64,000 bases of DNA from Haliotis cracherodii (GCF_022045235.1 NW_027266292.1:124001-188000); one strand, 5' to 3'; numbered from the stretch's first letter, positions 37,115 to 51,361 are shown. The notes: a model not told the origin generated them from the sequence alone. Numbers and translations: made by a program.

Positions 37115-38691
37115 CCCTTCTTGACCCGTGACACGCGCTGTGTCGCATTCCGTCGCCAACCGCAACCTTGAACAGTAACCAGGTGAAACACGAAGTTGAT
37201 TGGATTTCTCTTGGATTTACAACACACAATACCCGTATTGACGGTGCTGACATGCAACCACAATATTAACAGATTGAAATTATTTCGGTGTTACTGATCA
37301 GTACTGTTATCAGTATATAACTAGCCATAAATTGTATTTCTTTCCAAAGTCCCTTTTAGTGCCAGCTTCACTCTTTTTAGTTCACAGAAGAAATAATCCT
37401 GAAAAATATTTTATATAACGTCTTTGACGTGAATTGTGTGAACAAGTTGTGTCATTATCAGTTGGTCGTTTACTTTCTCCGTTTTGGCATTGTTTTCAGC
37501 TAACAAGTTGCAGATTATCATTAAGCCAGCTAATCCTTGGAATCCACCGTAGCTGTCGCCGCGAAGATGACGTTGTCAGACACATCTTACTTATTATTTG
37601 GAAATCTAAGTTTATTATCTGACTGGAATATGGTATCTAGCTGAAATATGACGTGCTTTCGGGAAAAAAGGACTTGTGTACATTGCTGCAAAATACAACG
37701 CTGCTAAATTATTTTTTCATTAATGGGGAAAGATATAATTAGTAGTATTCATGGAGAAAATTCACCGCCACACAGTGTTTTTGTTGGACATGGGCGGAAA
37801 TGCATCTCACCCTGAAGATGAGGGACGTGCGAGCCAGTCGCTGTATTTTTATAATTTGGAAATCTAATGCCCTTCGTGATATGTTTATTATTATTTATTA
37901 TTATTTTTCCATGATGCTCTCTCAATTACAAACATTATAATTGAATGAAATAACTGTCAATATTATCAATTTTAGAGAATTAAAGTCACTGTCACACAGT
38001 GGTGAGCCAAGGCTGTTACTCACATCCATGTCAATTAACGTGAGTCTGTCTGTCTCTTACAAGAAACATACCTTGTGCACAGAACCCTTCTTAATTTTTC
38101 ACGAATCGCGTTGTGTCATTCTCCACTCAGACCTGGGGCCAGACATGGTTTGGATAGCGATTATGTGTCAAATGGTAATTCTTATTATCACAATCTGATA
38201 ATTAACCATCTACTCAGAATGAAAGTCGTTAGTGTCAGAACAGGTAGATAATGTGTTTCTTTATTAGTCTGTACACGTCTCTTTATGGACGCATCACCAA
38301 AACAAAGTGTAGAAGCATAGCAATAGGCTCATAGTTTCAAAAACAATTTCAATCTTGTTTTGCAGCCGTTCAGGAAGTGACCACCCAGCCGTCACTGAGG
38401 GCAATGACATTAAACCTTGATATGACATTAAACGAAACCTTGGGACCTTAGAACCCAAAGTGTCAAACTATAGAAACTGCTTCCATCTTGTGTTTATAGC
38501 GATATTCCTTCATATTAATATCCACTTTAGTCTGTAAAACGAACGAATATTGTTTGTTATTTACACTCATATCCATATTTGACTTTGATGTGATATTTAC
38601 GAAAGTCTCTATCATATTTGATCAGTTCTTTCGTTTCGTAAAAATGGTATCTTACCGGAATGAGTGAAGTCTCTACTTTAGTTTTAACACT

Positions 38692-38850
38692 GTCCATAAA
38701 CACTAGGATATATCACAGATTATCATGACGTCATGCTGAGGTCTGTGACGTAACGTCATTGTTCACGGCGAACCATCCAGTGATGGAGATTGTTTATAAT
38801 GGTCTTTCTGGTGGTGAACCCCCTCTGGGCTGGACAAAACAGCTGATAGG
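38692..38850. promoter_or_regulatory. Conserved non-coding element B, spacer 5-6
   Basis: Homologous to 5637-5850. Confidence 0.5.
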
Positions 38851-40931
38851 GAATAATAGGATGACAAGGTATCAAGAATTCCACATGCTGTGTTTATTCC
38901 TAGGTCAGTATGTTTGGACACATTTACAAGGTGTGGACACTCCCACACGTGGATGAAACCGTTGCTAAGACTGAGAAAAGTGACCTATGACCAGATCTGT
39001 GATTTGTGGATTTTACACAATGAAACAAACCCACGAAAATGTGGATTTAATTTTGTTTTTCTTTTTGAGCGAAGTGAACAGACCTTCTTATGTTTACTCA
39101 AATATTGCAAGTCACAGATACAAGTTTCGTGGACGAAACAGTTCAGATCAGATCTATTGTTGGATTTCACACAATGAAACATAAACCCAAATATGTATAA
39201 CATTATGATCATAATAATGACACTTTTAAAAGGAAGTTCAACCACAAAAACAATTTGGATTTTTTTCTCCATTACTAAGTCGTCTTGGAGTGAGAGCATT
39301 CCAGTGAAATAGTTAAAAAGTTAGTCTTCTGATAAACTCTCCCAGAAATTTTAACTATAGTTCAAATATAAAACAACATGTCTTGAGTGTATGTCATATC
39401 GGGGATAAATGTTCCAAAGGGCAGTCACTGATGCTAGAACTATATTTAGATGCTTTTTGGCCTTTTTGTAGCGTAGTTCGTGCCACTAGTCACTGCAAAA
39501 CATTTACAGAAACAGCTTTTGTGACTCTTAGAGAAAGAAACCATAAAATTGAATTGACTACGTTTTAATAAATAAACAATAACTTTGAACTATCTCTCTG
39601 ATCTCGTCCCACCTGAAGTATTAGAAACTTAAGACTATAACCTTAGAAATTGTTCTAAACTACAGCCACTAAATAACAGAAGGGCAAACTTGTGATATCT
39701 GTGCTTTCGGGACGACTGGACAGTTTAAAATGGAGCAGTTTTGAAACAAGAAATAGTGCGCATACGTTCGAGCGAACCATATACAACACGACTCCAATAA
39801 ATTCATCCTTATTACATTATATTATTCCCAAAGGTTCAACATGATCAATATGATTCAATTAGGTTCAATTTGATCAAGGGTAGTCTTGTGTAGCGTTCAC
39901 TCGTCACGCCGAGACCCGGTTCGATTCCACACATGGGTACAATGTGTGAAGCCCATTTCTGGTGTCCCCCCATTCAATGTGATTAAAATGATTCAATGAG
40001 GTTAAATATGATCAGTATTATTCATAAAAGTGCAATATGATCTGTGGTGAGCCTGGCCATGCTCGTGTGCTAAAAAAGGTGGAAAAACGTCTCCCAATCT
40101 CCCCACCATTTTGCTTTCTCCCAACATTAAGCTGACACGCCGTAACATAGCTGAAATACTGTTCAAAGCCGAAAACCAAACTCACTCACTCACACATTGC
40201 CACCTGTCGAATGCAATGTTTCACAAGATGGCCAGTCACTTTGATGAATTATTTCGTGACATTGACACCGGGGTGAAAACAATCGGGATTTGTTTTTGTC
40301 ACGTGGAATAACTGATTGTCCAGTCAACACTCCGGACATTGCAAGAACCATCTGCTGGACACTACGACCTCGTGCATCAGAATGCCACCACGTGCAGTTC
40401 CCCGCTGCTTGTAGAGAAGGTGGCGCACCCTATCGGAATAATTAACGGTTTCCTTATGACCGGCAACTGACACTAACGACCTGGCCTTTCAGCAACTAGT
40501 TGTTGGGCTACTGATTGTAATTATCAGACAATGCGGGTGATTATTTGACACCAAACTGTTATCATAATAATGTCTGGGTGAGAAAGTAGAAATAAGAATT
40601 GACAAGATGCTAAGACAGCCGAAATGATAGTTGAGAAAGAGTAACTTATTATGCCATGAAGTTTCAGCAATGACGCTTTGTTTAACATCCCATTAATAAT
40701 TGTCCTCATATAATTAGGCCAGAACAAAAAGGTGAGGCGATACGTAATCATAAAACTGTAATCACTATGCATTAATTTAACATCCCATTTATAATTATCG
40801 TCATATATGAGGCTGGAACCAAAAGGTGAGACTGCTAAAAGAGATCGCGTTCAAGATTATTGCACTTGTATAGCGAAGTCCATTTAAGTGTTTTCTGCTT
40901 GTACGGGTCCGGATAGACCCAGAAAAAAATA

Positions 40932-41876
40932 ATCCAAATGGAGCTCAGAGCAACGCTAAAATTCAGAGCTGAGGCAATCTAGACTTGACAAGTCATTCTA
41001 GACTTGAGGTGGATTCCTTTGTAAAGTATTTACGAGTGTGCACTAAATTGTAATCATAATCAGGAAGTCTATTAGACTTAAATTTAGTCATTTAAATATA
41101 TACATATATCCACACACAAAATCTAGACTTGCCAAATGATTCTACTCTATTCTGAGTTTCCCTATTCAATATACTCTCCAGGGTCTGAGAGATAGACCAG
41201 GGTTCTATATGCCATAGACCTGCCGTCATAATATGTGCTCTCCTCACGTATTTTATGCCTAAAGTATTTATTTATTCACGTATACAAGAACCATAAGAAC
41301 AAAATTAACTATTCTCTTCACCTTCTACTTTAGGTAAGCTAAAACCAATCAACAATACAGAAACTATGCTAATTTATTATTAAATTTCGTTGCTTTGAAT
41401 AAGAAAAAAAAAATGAAATATGGAATGGTCCACATTCTAGGATTGCTTTTGAGTTGAATATCCATCAGTTCTATTTTATTTAACATATTTTACAAACAAT
41501 AATGCAACTTTGACATCATATATTGTAACTAAAACCCAATCCATTTTGTTATCCTTTATGTATTAAGTGTTATATGCTAAAATACCCGTGAAGGTCCGGG
41601 TTAGAATAGGTTGGGTTGCTGAAGACCCATTCCATCCCGGAATCTTCACGGGTCCGTCAAATAGGAAAGATGGGTGTGAAAATCATATATAATGTGCATA
41701 CTTTTTTTTTTTTGTCTGTATGGTCTAATCACTTAATTTGTCTATCTAAAAATGGGACAACCTATATTGTTGAGTAAGAGAATGAATGATGTTTGTCGCC
41801 GCAGTCAGCGCCATTCCAGCTATATATCGACGCAATGTAAATTTGTCGAGTCTTGGACATTTACAATATTTAAAAC
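40932..41876 (-). repeat. Inverted copy of 16438-17383
   Basis: About 940 bp reverse-complement match, including the fused family B heads. Confidence 0.9.
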
Positions 41877-42305
41877 TTGAGTTGGATTCCTTTTTAAGTA
41901 TTTACGTGTGTGCACTAAATTGTAATCATTATCAGTAAGTCTATTAGACTTAAGTTTAGTCATTTAAATATATACATATATCCACACACAAAATCTAGAC
42001 TTGCCAAATGATTTTACTCCTTTCTGAGTTTCCCTTTTCAATACATTCTCCAGGGTCGGAGAGATAGACAGGGGTTCTATATGCGATAGACGTGCCGTCA
42101 TAATATTGAACTCATTCACACCCAGGAAATCGGTTGTTTTTTTAAAAACGCTTTGAATGCAGAAAGTGCGGTTAAACAAATGGCGACACGTTCCTGTGAA
42201 ATGCCCAAGGAACGTGCATTCAGTATTGACACCTAAATTAATAACCCAGTGATAATTTCGGCCTTTGAGTCACATTCCGCCACTCCACTTCTCAATGTTC
42301 AGCTG

Positions 42306-42376
42306 TGTGACACCTCGCGTTGTCACGCTCTGGTAAGATCACGTGACATACGGGCACCTGCGGCGATCAGTGTCAC
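42306..42376. promoter_or_regulatory. Conserved non-coding element A, spacer 5-6
   Basis: Same E-box-rich block. Confidence 0.65.
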
Positions 42377-42945
42377 AACTAACGCCTGTCCCAGTTCGAG
42401 GCGTGCAGGAGCTGGATGGAGGTCGTTAATAATGACCCTACATGGATTTTATATACTTTCATTTGTGTTTTCACTGTTTGTGTCTATTCAAAGCGACGGA
42501 CGGAGTTGTGCTTTTATGGAAATACTTTAATGGATATCATGTCGACGCCAGGCCAGTTTCAAAGTGTCCCAGTGTTTAAGCTGGCATTTGGTAAACCAGT
42601 CTGTACGCCAGGTCTTATCATCTGATTTAACGAAACCAGTTGAATTTAATTTAAATTTCACACATGTATTCTTTCTAGGAACTTTGGTCCTTTTTCTGTC
42701 ATATCTACTTTATTCCTGACTGTTCTTCGACAATACGCTACCACACACATCTGATTTATGTTCAAAACAGTAAACCCAATTCACAAGGGGACACAGTTGC
42801 CTTTTCAACGTGGATGAGCTTTTAACAGGAACAGTTGCCACTGTAGAAATGTTTACCCCCATTCAGTCAGCCATTGAGTGGAATGCTGGGAATGTTGTTA
42901 GAGAGATAAGCAAGTGCGTTTTGAATTGTTCGAAATGAAATAAAT

Positions 42946-43213
42946 AGACACAATTTTATGGATAACAACTTCTTTAATACTGTGAAAAGCGACGTTTCCT
43001 TATACCGTTGTCACACAGTTTCGGAATAGATCCTTATACCGTTGTCACGTAGTTTCGGAATAGATCCTTATACCGTTGTCACGCAGTTTCGGAATAGATC
43101 CTTATACCGTTGTCACGCAGTTTCGGAATAGATCCTTATACCGTTGTCACGCAGTTGACCGAAACGTCGCTTTTCACAGTATTAAAGAAGTTGTTATCCA
43201 TAAAATTGTGTCT
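42946..43213. repeat. Perfect 53-bp inverted repeat enclosing about 4.7 copies of a 34-bp tandem unit
   Basis: Arms 42946-42998 and 43161-43213; unit CCTTATACCGTTGTCACRCAGTTTCGGAATAGAT across 42998-43156. Confidence 0.9.
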
Positions 43214-43682
43214 TTCTTGTCTTCCGTCAACTTCTAAGTAATTCCTATCAAACAATGAAATATTTAATTGTGTATCTGTATCTACATGTCTGAACAAACC
43301 ACGTGTTTGTGGTTAAAACAAACTGTTGTGGGATAAAGTGTTTCAGATGCTCATTGTCAGGATTTGTTTTCCTTCTGATAGGTGACGCCAGAACAGAGGA
43401 TAATAATATTTTACTACTTAACTTGTATTTTTTTATGGATCGACAGCTAGCAGACCTGATTTCTTGGAAAACTATTCTACCCAAGGTGCACTAGTACATA
43501 CACCAGTATATCATGCTTAGAATAGGCACATCATGAATTCGTAAAAAACAACGAAGGATACAAGAGTTAAATAATACATCTTTATCAACAATTATAATTT
43601 ATCACAGACAGTGTATATGAAAAGACCGATATAAAGAAGCACCATTATGACGTGTCCAAAATATAAAGTTGCATGGAGCATT

Positions 43683-44962
43683 TTACCAAGGCCTCCATGG
43701 AACCTGTTGCTCCGTCTTAATCTGCTGTGAGTAGGACCACGTGCTCTGGAGCCACGATCTCACTCTCAAGTCTTTGTCAACCATATCTGACGGTACTTTA
43801 CAACTAAGTTCTGAATCTGAGAGACTGGGGTGATAGTGTCCGGTTCTGGGGGTGGACTGTTTGACACTATCAGGAGAACCAGCATATCCACTGTCTGAGA
43901 AACTCTTGTCCTCCTTCACAGGGGAAATGCACACTGTCCGGCTCATGTACGCATGTGCAGCCGGATGTTGATATTTGGAATTGTGGGAAGATATTGTTCT
44001 CAGTCGCTCGGAGCACTGACTTGTGTATGACGACACATCATCTGTTGATGGCGTCTCGGGCACCTGCTGAATGTGCGTCATACGTCGAGAGATGTGTTTT
44101 CTCAGCTGATGGTGTACATTGTCCGACACTCCTGGTAGAGACTGAATGTAGGAGAGGATTTCTTCAGCACATTTGGAGAAGCCATGGTGGAATCTGGCTT
44201 GAACTGCTTCTTTGACGTGTTGATGTGTAGTGTTGATCTTCCTGACATTCCTCAGATAATCTACAGTCGTCTCCAGAATCTCGGCCTTCTCCATCTTGTC
44301 ATAGTTTGGGTCCTGGAAAAATGAATAACAATAAATAATCAAGGCATACACCGTAATATATAAGAAACTTTTTTAAAAAAAGAAGAAGATATTAAATTTG
44401 ATATAGGAGTAAACTTGGCTGAGAAATTGTATATTTTAAAACACGTAACTTGTGTTGCAAATGCAAAAGAAATAGATATAATTTATTTTTTTAATAGGAA
44501 AAATCTTGGGTATCTAGGGTAAATAGATGGTGAACATGGATTGTAATCAAAGGGAGCTACTTACATTTCGTTGATGTGCCGCACACACGATGCTTTTGAT
44601 TGTTGACAGGCTTTGGTTGATTCTGGCTCGTCGTCGTTTTTCTGCCATCATCTTTCGGCCCTGGAGAAAAAAAATAGATTGATGTGAAATTCCTTCATAT
44701 TTGCATACGATATTTCAGAATATCAAAATATAAGTTTTGAAAGAACCCTTAAATAGCGTGTTGAGAAAAGGGACAAACACAGTCTATTCCCATTTCTCAT
44801 GCATATTAAATTAGCCACGTGTTTTAAATGTAAACAAGCACATGTTAATTATAAGTTGTAAACAGTCCATTTGAAAGTTATTTTTAAGAGTAAACTAATG
44901 CCTACCTTTCTTCGGCCCATATATTCACTGTCAGATTCCATGTTATCAAAGTAAGATTCCAT
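43683..44962 (-). CDS. hes: HES-like bHLH-Orange-WRPW repressor, copy 6 (260 aa)
   Basis: complement(join(43683..44312,44565..44660,44906..44962)); exon 2 GRKMMAEKRRRARINQSLSTIKSIVCAAHQRN; ends WRPW-TAA. Confidence 0.95.
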
Positions 44963-45245
44963 CACTGCGATGTGTTCAGGTCTGAGAGGCAAGTTATTGT
45001 GATGGAACGCAGACTTTCGACCCGCCTTTATACCCCCAACATTCCCCTACCCACGCTAATCTATGTACAGTTATGTTTTGACATCTGAATAGCCCGGCGC
45101 GATCCGATACACACAGCCAATCAGCGCACGCCTAGTTAAGTGGTGGCACGCGCCGGCTCTCGTTAAACTTCACCCGGAGACAGATATTCATCTTGCTTGG
45201 CGTGACACGAAGAGTCACGTGGACAAGCACCCGGCCTGTCAACAG
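44963..45245 (-). promoter_or_regulatory. 5' UTR and proximal promoter of HES copy 6
   Basis: TATA 45027-45032, CCAAT, class-C site 45145-45154; an internal deletion near 45188 removes the Su(H) site; N-box changed to CACGAA. Confidence 0.85.
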
Positions 45246-45824
45246 TCTCATTATTATCTAGTGTTTGATTCAATAAAGGTTTATTTCCATCTATTTAGGG
45301 CACGCTATGTCGCCTTCAGTTACCTGGGTGCGGTGTCAAGTGCTTGATGACGATGATTGCATTTACAAGAGATTTCCATCTTCTACTGACGATGTGTCAT
45401 GTAAATATAAGACTCTGATTGTTTAATCTTTTGCATTTGTATGTAATCAGATTCGATCACAATGGCATATATAACGAATTTAATTCCAACGACAACTTTG
45501 TCCGAAAACTAAAATTTTATCATCTATATGAAACTGCTGTTAACTGATTAGGGAACGGCCCTTTAATATTCTGGGGGGGTTCTTCTTATTTTCTTAAGAG
45601 ATACAGTATGTCAAGTTTATTCAAAATATATTTGTTCGCTGGACGCTGCTTCGAAAGAATTATGAGAAATTAATTGTACCCCTCGCCTCTCCTCCCCTCT
45701 CCTCTCCAGTGTGAAAACAACCAATTGAAATTTAAAACAGACAGCCGTTTTAGCTAATGTGACTTTAGACTAAAGTTGCCTTTCAACAATAATAAATATT
45801 TCAGCAAGGTCACGACAGGGGAGA

Positions 45825-45990
45825 GGGGCGGTGGGGTAGCCTAGTGGTTAAAGCGTTCGCTCGTCACGCCGAAGACCCGGGTTCGATTCCCGACATGGGT
45901 ACAATGTGTGGAGCCCATTTCTGGTGTCTCCCGCCGTGATATTGCTGGAGTATTGCTAAAAGCGGCGTAAAACCATACTCACTCACTCTC
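45825..45990 (+). mobile_element. tRNA-derived SINE, family A, nested in an older antisense copy
   Basis: 15-bp TSD TCACGACAGGGGAGA (45810-45824 and 45991-46005). Confidence 0.9.
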
Positions 45991-47169
45991 TCACGACAGG
46001 GGAGACCAGAATTGGGCCTCACACACTGTACTCATTTACGAACGCTTCAACCACTATGCCAACCCATATTCCTGAGTGAGTTGAGTTTAAGGTTTTACTG
46101 AAAACCAGTTCTTTTGTACTCTTCACCTCTCTTCCAACAACATCTGTAAAAACGAATTGTAAACGCATGACAGGTTTTAAATTTTGTATTATGTATATTT
46201 GTATAATTCAGTAGGAAATAACAAATGCAAATACACAATGCATGTGAAAGGTAGCAATATTTTATTGTATCCAAATTTTGTAATATTCAGTATTTTAGTT
46301 TAAATATTATACAATATTCCATATTGATATATGCGTATTGTTTTTATCAGACGTTTTAAATGTTTTTCACATTGTTTGTGTTTGTCAATATTTTCTTTAT
46401 CCGAACGAAAACTAAAATGTCTTCACTCAGTACCGCAAACTCTAGACGCTTATTAAATCTCCATCCTCCTCAATGGATAACACAACAAGAAGATGTCTGG
46501 TGCCACTAGAATCATGGTACCATAATAATGTGGGTTCTTTTTCTTTGCGACAATAAGCTTAAGATCTCGTAAGACGGTAGCACAGGTCAATAACAACACA
46601 GGTCTTGTTTAACAGTGTGAATCAACATTTAAGGTGATGTTATGTTCCTGTGTTTTCATATTCACGGATTAATTTACTGCATGAATTATCCTCCCATTCA
46701 CATATACTTTGCATTGTTTGTTTAATAAAATGCCAGACATGTACTATGGCGGGAGAGAGAAATGTACACCCAAAGCACCATGAATCAATCTCTCTGGATC
46801 TCTCTGTATATTGACATTGTCTGTCCCAGAGCCTGGAGAATATTTCAATGAGGAATCCAACTCAAGTCTAGAATAAGTTGTCAAGTCTAGATTGCCTTAG
46901 CTGAAATTAACCATTGTTCTGGGCTCCATTTAAATTTTACTTTTTTTATTTTGCGGGTGTATATTTCTAAAAGAGATGACTTTATTTCTAGGACTAAGTG
47001 TTAGTCTATGGCACTGATTGTAGGTTTTGGAAAAATGTAATCTTGTTTAGTTTCATAATCCTCTATCTAAATCATCCAAGTCTATTGCGATCTCGTTTTA
47101 GATAGGTGGACAATATAATAAGTGATTACAGCTTTATGATTACATGTCGCCTCACGTTTTCGTTCTGGC

Positions 47170-47321
47170 NNNNNNNNNNNNNNNNNNNNNNNNNNNNNNN
47201 NNNNNNNNNNNNNNNNNNNNNNNNNNNNNNNNNNNNNNNNNNNNNNNNNNNNNNNNNNNNNNNNNNNNNNNNNNNNNNNNNNNNNNNNNNNNNNNNNNNN
47301 NNNNNNNNNNNNNNNNNNNNN
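47170..47321. other. Assembly gap
   Basis: Run of N. Confidence 1.
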
Positions 47322-47631
47322 TGCGATTTCCGACTGCAAGCGTATGTCGCACACGGGCCCGTGCAGGCCATCTAATGTGTTTCCGAAAAGGGGAAAAGTG
47401 AGTTTGTGCAACCCAGGAGGGGGGCTTTAGGGGTTGCTTATATAGTAATTTTGAAATTTGGAATGAATGCCAAGAGTGGGTGGATGAATAATGAGGATAA
47501 ATATTAATGCGATGTTAAATAAGGTGCCATTGCTGAAACTACATGGCATACTAACTTACTCTTTCTCAACTCTTTCTCAATCATTTCGGCTGTCTCAGCA
47601 TCTTGTCAATTTTATGTTGGTACTTTCGCAC

Positions 47632-47990
47632 CCAGACATTATTATGATAACAGTTTGGTGTCAAATAATCACCCGCATTGTCTGATAATTACAATCAGTT
47701 GCCCAATAACTAGTTGCTGAAAGGCCAGGTCGTTAGTGTCAGTTGCCGGTCATAAGGAAACCGTTAATTAATCCGATAGGGGGCGCCACCTTCTCTACAA
47801 GCAGCGGGGATCTGCACGTGGTGGCATTCTGATGCACGAGGTCGTAGTGTCCAGCAGATGGTTCTTGCCATGTCCGGAGTGTTGACTGGACAATCAGTTA
47901 TTCCACGTGACAAAACCGATTGTTTTCAACACGGTGTCAACGTCATGAAATAATTCATCAAAGTGACTGGACATCTTGTGAAACATTCCA
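47632..47990 (+). promoter_or_regulatory. Conserved non-coding element C/D, C type, upstream of copy 6
   Basis: Reverse complement of about 32970-33342. Confidence 0.5.
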
Positions 47991-48184
47991 TTCGACAGGT
48001 GGCAATGTGTGAGTGAGTGAGTTTCAAATAGTATCTAGTGTTCAAATATTCAAAACTGTCCGCCAATATTTAGGGTTTCTGAAGGGAATATTTCACATTA
48101 TGAAGCATTAACCTTTTGTGGGAGGTTAACGTGACAATACAAAACGGAGGCATGGTATCTGTGTAATTAGGATACTAATATATA

Positions 48185-48640
48185 CAGTCAACTCTAGTTA
48201 ATCCGACATTGTTGGTTGCATATGATTGTGTCTGATTAACGAGTATGTCGGATTAACGAAATTAGGTGATTTGTGATCAAAAATCGGACATCTTCATGAT
48301 AGATAATAACCATGAGTTGTAATAAAATCATTAAAAACGAAATATTTATATTGTTATGTTGTTTATTCATTCATTCCTGAATTCATAATTAATCGCATTG
48401 CAAAAATAATAATAATTTTCCCATTTATACATAACAGAAACATTACTCACTGAATTCATCACATCAACGACACACATTTCTACGTGTACATGCAAGTGCT
48501 ACTGTCTTGACAACTTGCAATCATTGACACTTCATCTACTTAAAATAGTCATCTTAATAGTCATTAAAAGGTACCCATCATTTGTGTCGGATAAAGCCGA
48601 TTGTCGGATTAACGAGTGTCGGATTAACGGGACTTGACTG
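48185..48640. mobile_element. Tc1/mariner (pogo/Tigger-like) MITE
   Basis: TIRs CAGTCAACTCTAGTTAATCCGACA and TGTCGGATTAACGGGACTTGACTG, TA at both flanks, subterminal GTCGGATTAACG repeats. Confidence 0.8.
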
Positions 48641-49539
48641 TAGATTGACATATAAAGTAACATTTCAGAAAGCAGTTAAACAAACGGAATGTAGTGAAAT
48701 CGTGGACACCGCCAACTCGGTGTAAACACAATTTACAGTGTACTCGTAAACGAACCGCATACACGTCTTTTTAATATAGGAATTGTATGAAAATAATTAA
48801 TTGATTAAACTGATTACGAATTCGTTTGCTTACGAATTCATCTACATCACAAAGAAACTGAGGTTTCAATTAATAGAATCAATCTTGCTAGGATTGAAAA
48901 CATTCCCAATCTTAATGTCCCAAATGAATTATTCCAGGGAGATGTTTTGCCTTTCGTCAGATGTATCGACATTTTATAAATTAAGTCCCAAAAAATCACA
49001 AATACGATTGGCACCGTCAATATAGCTGCGAAAAGTCTGGAATATTACACAGCAAACTATTAATGCTTCAGTAATATATAGGCGTCTCCAAGAAGGCAAT
49101 CCTCACTATTTATATTCCAATGTGAACGATACTTCCGTTTCTATTCAACGTTTCTCAATGGACAATAATCCACTGAAAATCTGATCACGCATATGATTAA
49201 AAACACATAGTTTTTGTCAATCACTGGATTGTCTGGTCCATACTCGGTTACTTACAGACCGCCATCATATGGCTGGAATTTGCGGAGTGCGGCGTTAAAC
49301 AACAACAAAAAAAACAACAACTTTTTGCATGTTTAAATGTCAGAACATAATGTTTATTGATATTGACACAGGTTTATAATCTTGTTAGGTTTCTTTATAA
49401 TGTTAAACTAAACCGTCACTCCTTTTCATATTTAAATTCAGGGTGGGTATATTTAAAATGTTATAGGAAGCTTATTGAAGGCCACCCGTGTAACGGTATG
49501 TCTCAAGCCTGTCACTACGACTGTAAATCTCAATAGCCG

Positions 49540-49844
49540 TGTAAACATTCCTTCAAACTCACCGCTATCATTGGGCCATAAAACGTCTTGTTGATGTGTC
49601 TGACACGGGTTATGGACAAGGATGAATAATGGAAGACGCGAGATGTCAAAATGCCACGCGCCACTGATGTCTTCCAAACACGGGAAACATGATACCCCTA
49701 CTCATCCCTCTGATTTCACAATCACTGCGAGAGGCCGTGGGAATGTTCTCGATATGGCCGTCAAAAGAGCCGGAGTGACACTTCGCGTCAGCACGCGCTA
49801 GTGAGGTCACGTGAACATACGGGCACCTGCTGTGATTAGTGTCA
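49540..49844. promoter_or_regulatory. Conserved non-coding element E+A, spacer 6-7
   Basis: Diverged E block, Su(H) site CGTGGGAA at 49736-49743, A block at 49775-49844. Confidence 0.6.
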
Positions 49845-50332
49845 ACTCGCGTTTTGGTTTAGGTGTGGCGCATTGTGTCCTTTTACGCTCGTTTAGGAGA
49901 AAATTACTCGTCATAAAATTGATTTTGATTGGTTTTAAGGAATGTGCGTCTATAATTTGGATTTGGGTAACATCTGGGGACTGAGGGTGGATGATTTTAT
50001 CTGGGTATTGACAGCACTGTTTATAGGGAGTTTGTCGATTTCTCACGAGGCTCTATTTTTTAATTGCAGCAAAATTAAGGTTAATTTCCGCTGTCCTGTC
50101 TGTTGTGCCAGATTTAATACCAGTTGGGACACTCATACGATATATCAATATATCATTCGCTTTTGCATTGCTCAGTGCGACGGTAAACAAACAAACATTC
50201 TGATACAGTAATTTTATGTGAAATGAGTAAAATTAACTTTAACACAACAAATGGCCCATCCTCGAATATCCAGTGTATATTATCTCCATTCTGTTCACGG
50301 TCTCAATCTCTCCTATCACTGACTTAGTACAA

Positions 50333-50598
50333 CCCGTGAAGATCCGGGGTAGAATAGGTCTGTAGCGACCCATGCTTACCGTAAAAGGCGATTTTGCTTT
50401 TCGTTAGAGACGACTGACGGGATCGGGTGGTCAGGCTCGCTGAATTTGTAGATGCATTTCATCGTATCCCAGTTGCGTTGATCGATGCCCATGATGTCAA
50501 TCACTAGGTTGTCTGGTCCAGACTCGATAATTTACAGACCGCCGTCATATAGCTGGAATATTGTTGAGTGTGACTTTAAACAAGACGCAAAGAAACAA
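50333..50598 (+). mobile_element. Family B short retroelement
   Basis: Full-length homologue. Confidence 0.8.
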
Positions 50599-51361
50599 AT
50601 CCGACTAATGTGAGGAAGAAACAGCAGTAATGCCCTCCTGTTTACAATTATGAATAAATTGCAGATTACATATTATATTTGTATTCATTATACCCGTGTA
50701 GAGATGTGAGTGATAGCATGTGCATGATCACCAACCACTGTTAGGCGACCACTAACCTACCGAAATGTGCAAATGTGTCCCAGACATATACGATATACAC
50801 CTTCAAAATACCATATTCCACAGGCGGGGAGAGAATGGTGATGCGCGTCGGCGATTATCTGTTTTGGAAATAAACAAAGTAGCAAAAGAATCTATACCTC
50901 TCTTGATTTTATCACATGTTGTTGTTTTTTATTTGAAATCATAGGTAGCAATATTATATAAAACATAAATAGTATTGGCGCTTAGTCAACACTCAAATAA
51001 TACTCCAACGTGTTTTCATCTTTTTTTAAAATATAATTCCAAAAATTCAAACAAAATCGCATAATGCACATCTGCTGCTGTGTATCTCAGACATCTGATT
51101 TTTAAAAATCAATATATTTACTTTTTTTCGACACAAATGAACATGGTAGGGATCAAATTAATTTCTTCATTGGATCAATACATTTTTACACAGAATTACC
51201 CAGGTACAGTTTACTTTTTACAAACTATTGCAGGAATCAGTGTTGATTAAGATGGGCATAATCAAATTTAACAACAGTTCTTTAAATATTCAATTACAAA
51301 AAATCATCGGTATACTTTCTTTTGTTCCTTTAGTTTAAGATAAAATTTTGTCTGGTCTGCA

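Larger units (their letters stand above)
36060..42830 (+). repeat. Recent segmental duplicate of about 28485-34715
   Basis: Near-identical introns, promoter and spacer; the ORF track shows identical spurious ORFs (32148/39383, 33289/40524). Confidence 0.9.

Noticed and set aside
42998-43156. 34-bp repeat as a CRISPR array
   Set aside because: Direct tandem units with no unique spacers, in eukaryotic DNA with no cas genes.
45825-45900. tRNA-Asp-like sequences as tRNA genes
   Set aside because: They are SINE heads with a body, tail and TSDs, and no proper acceptor stem.
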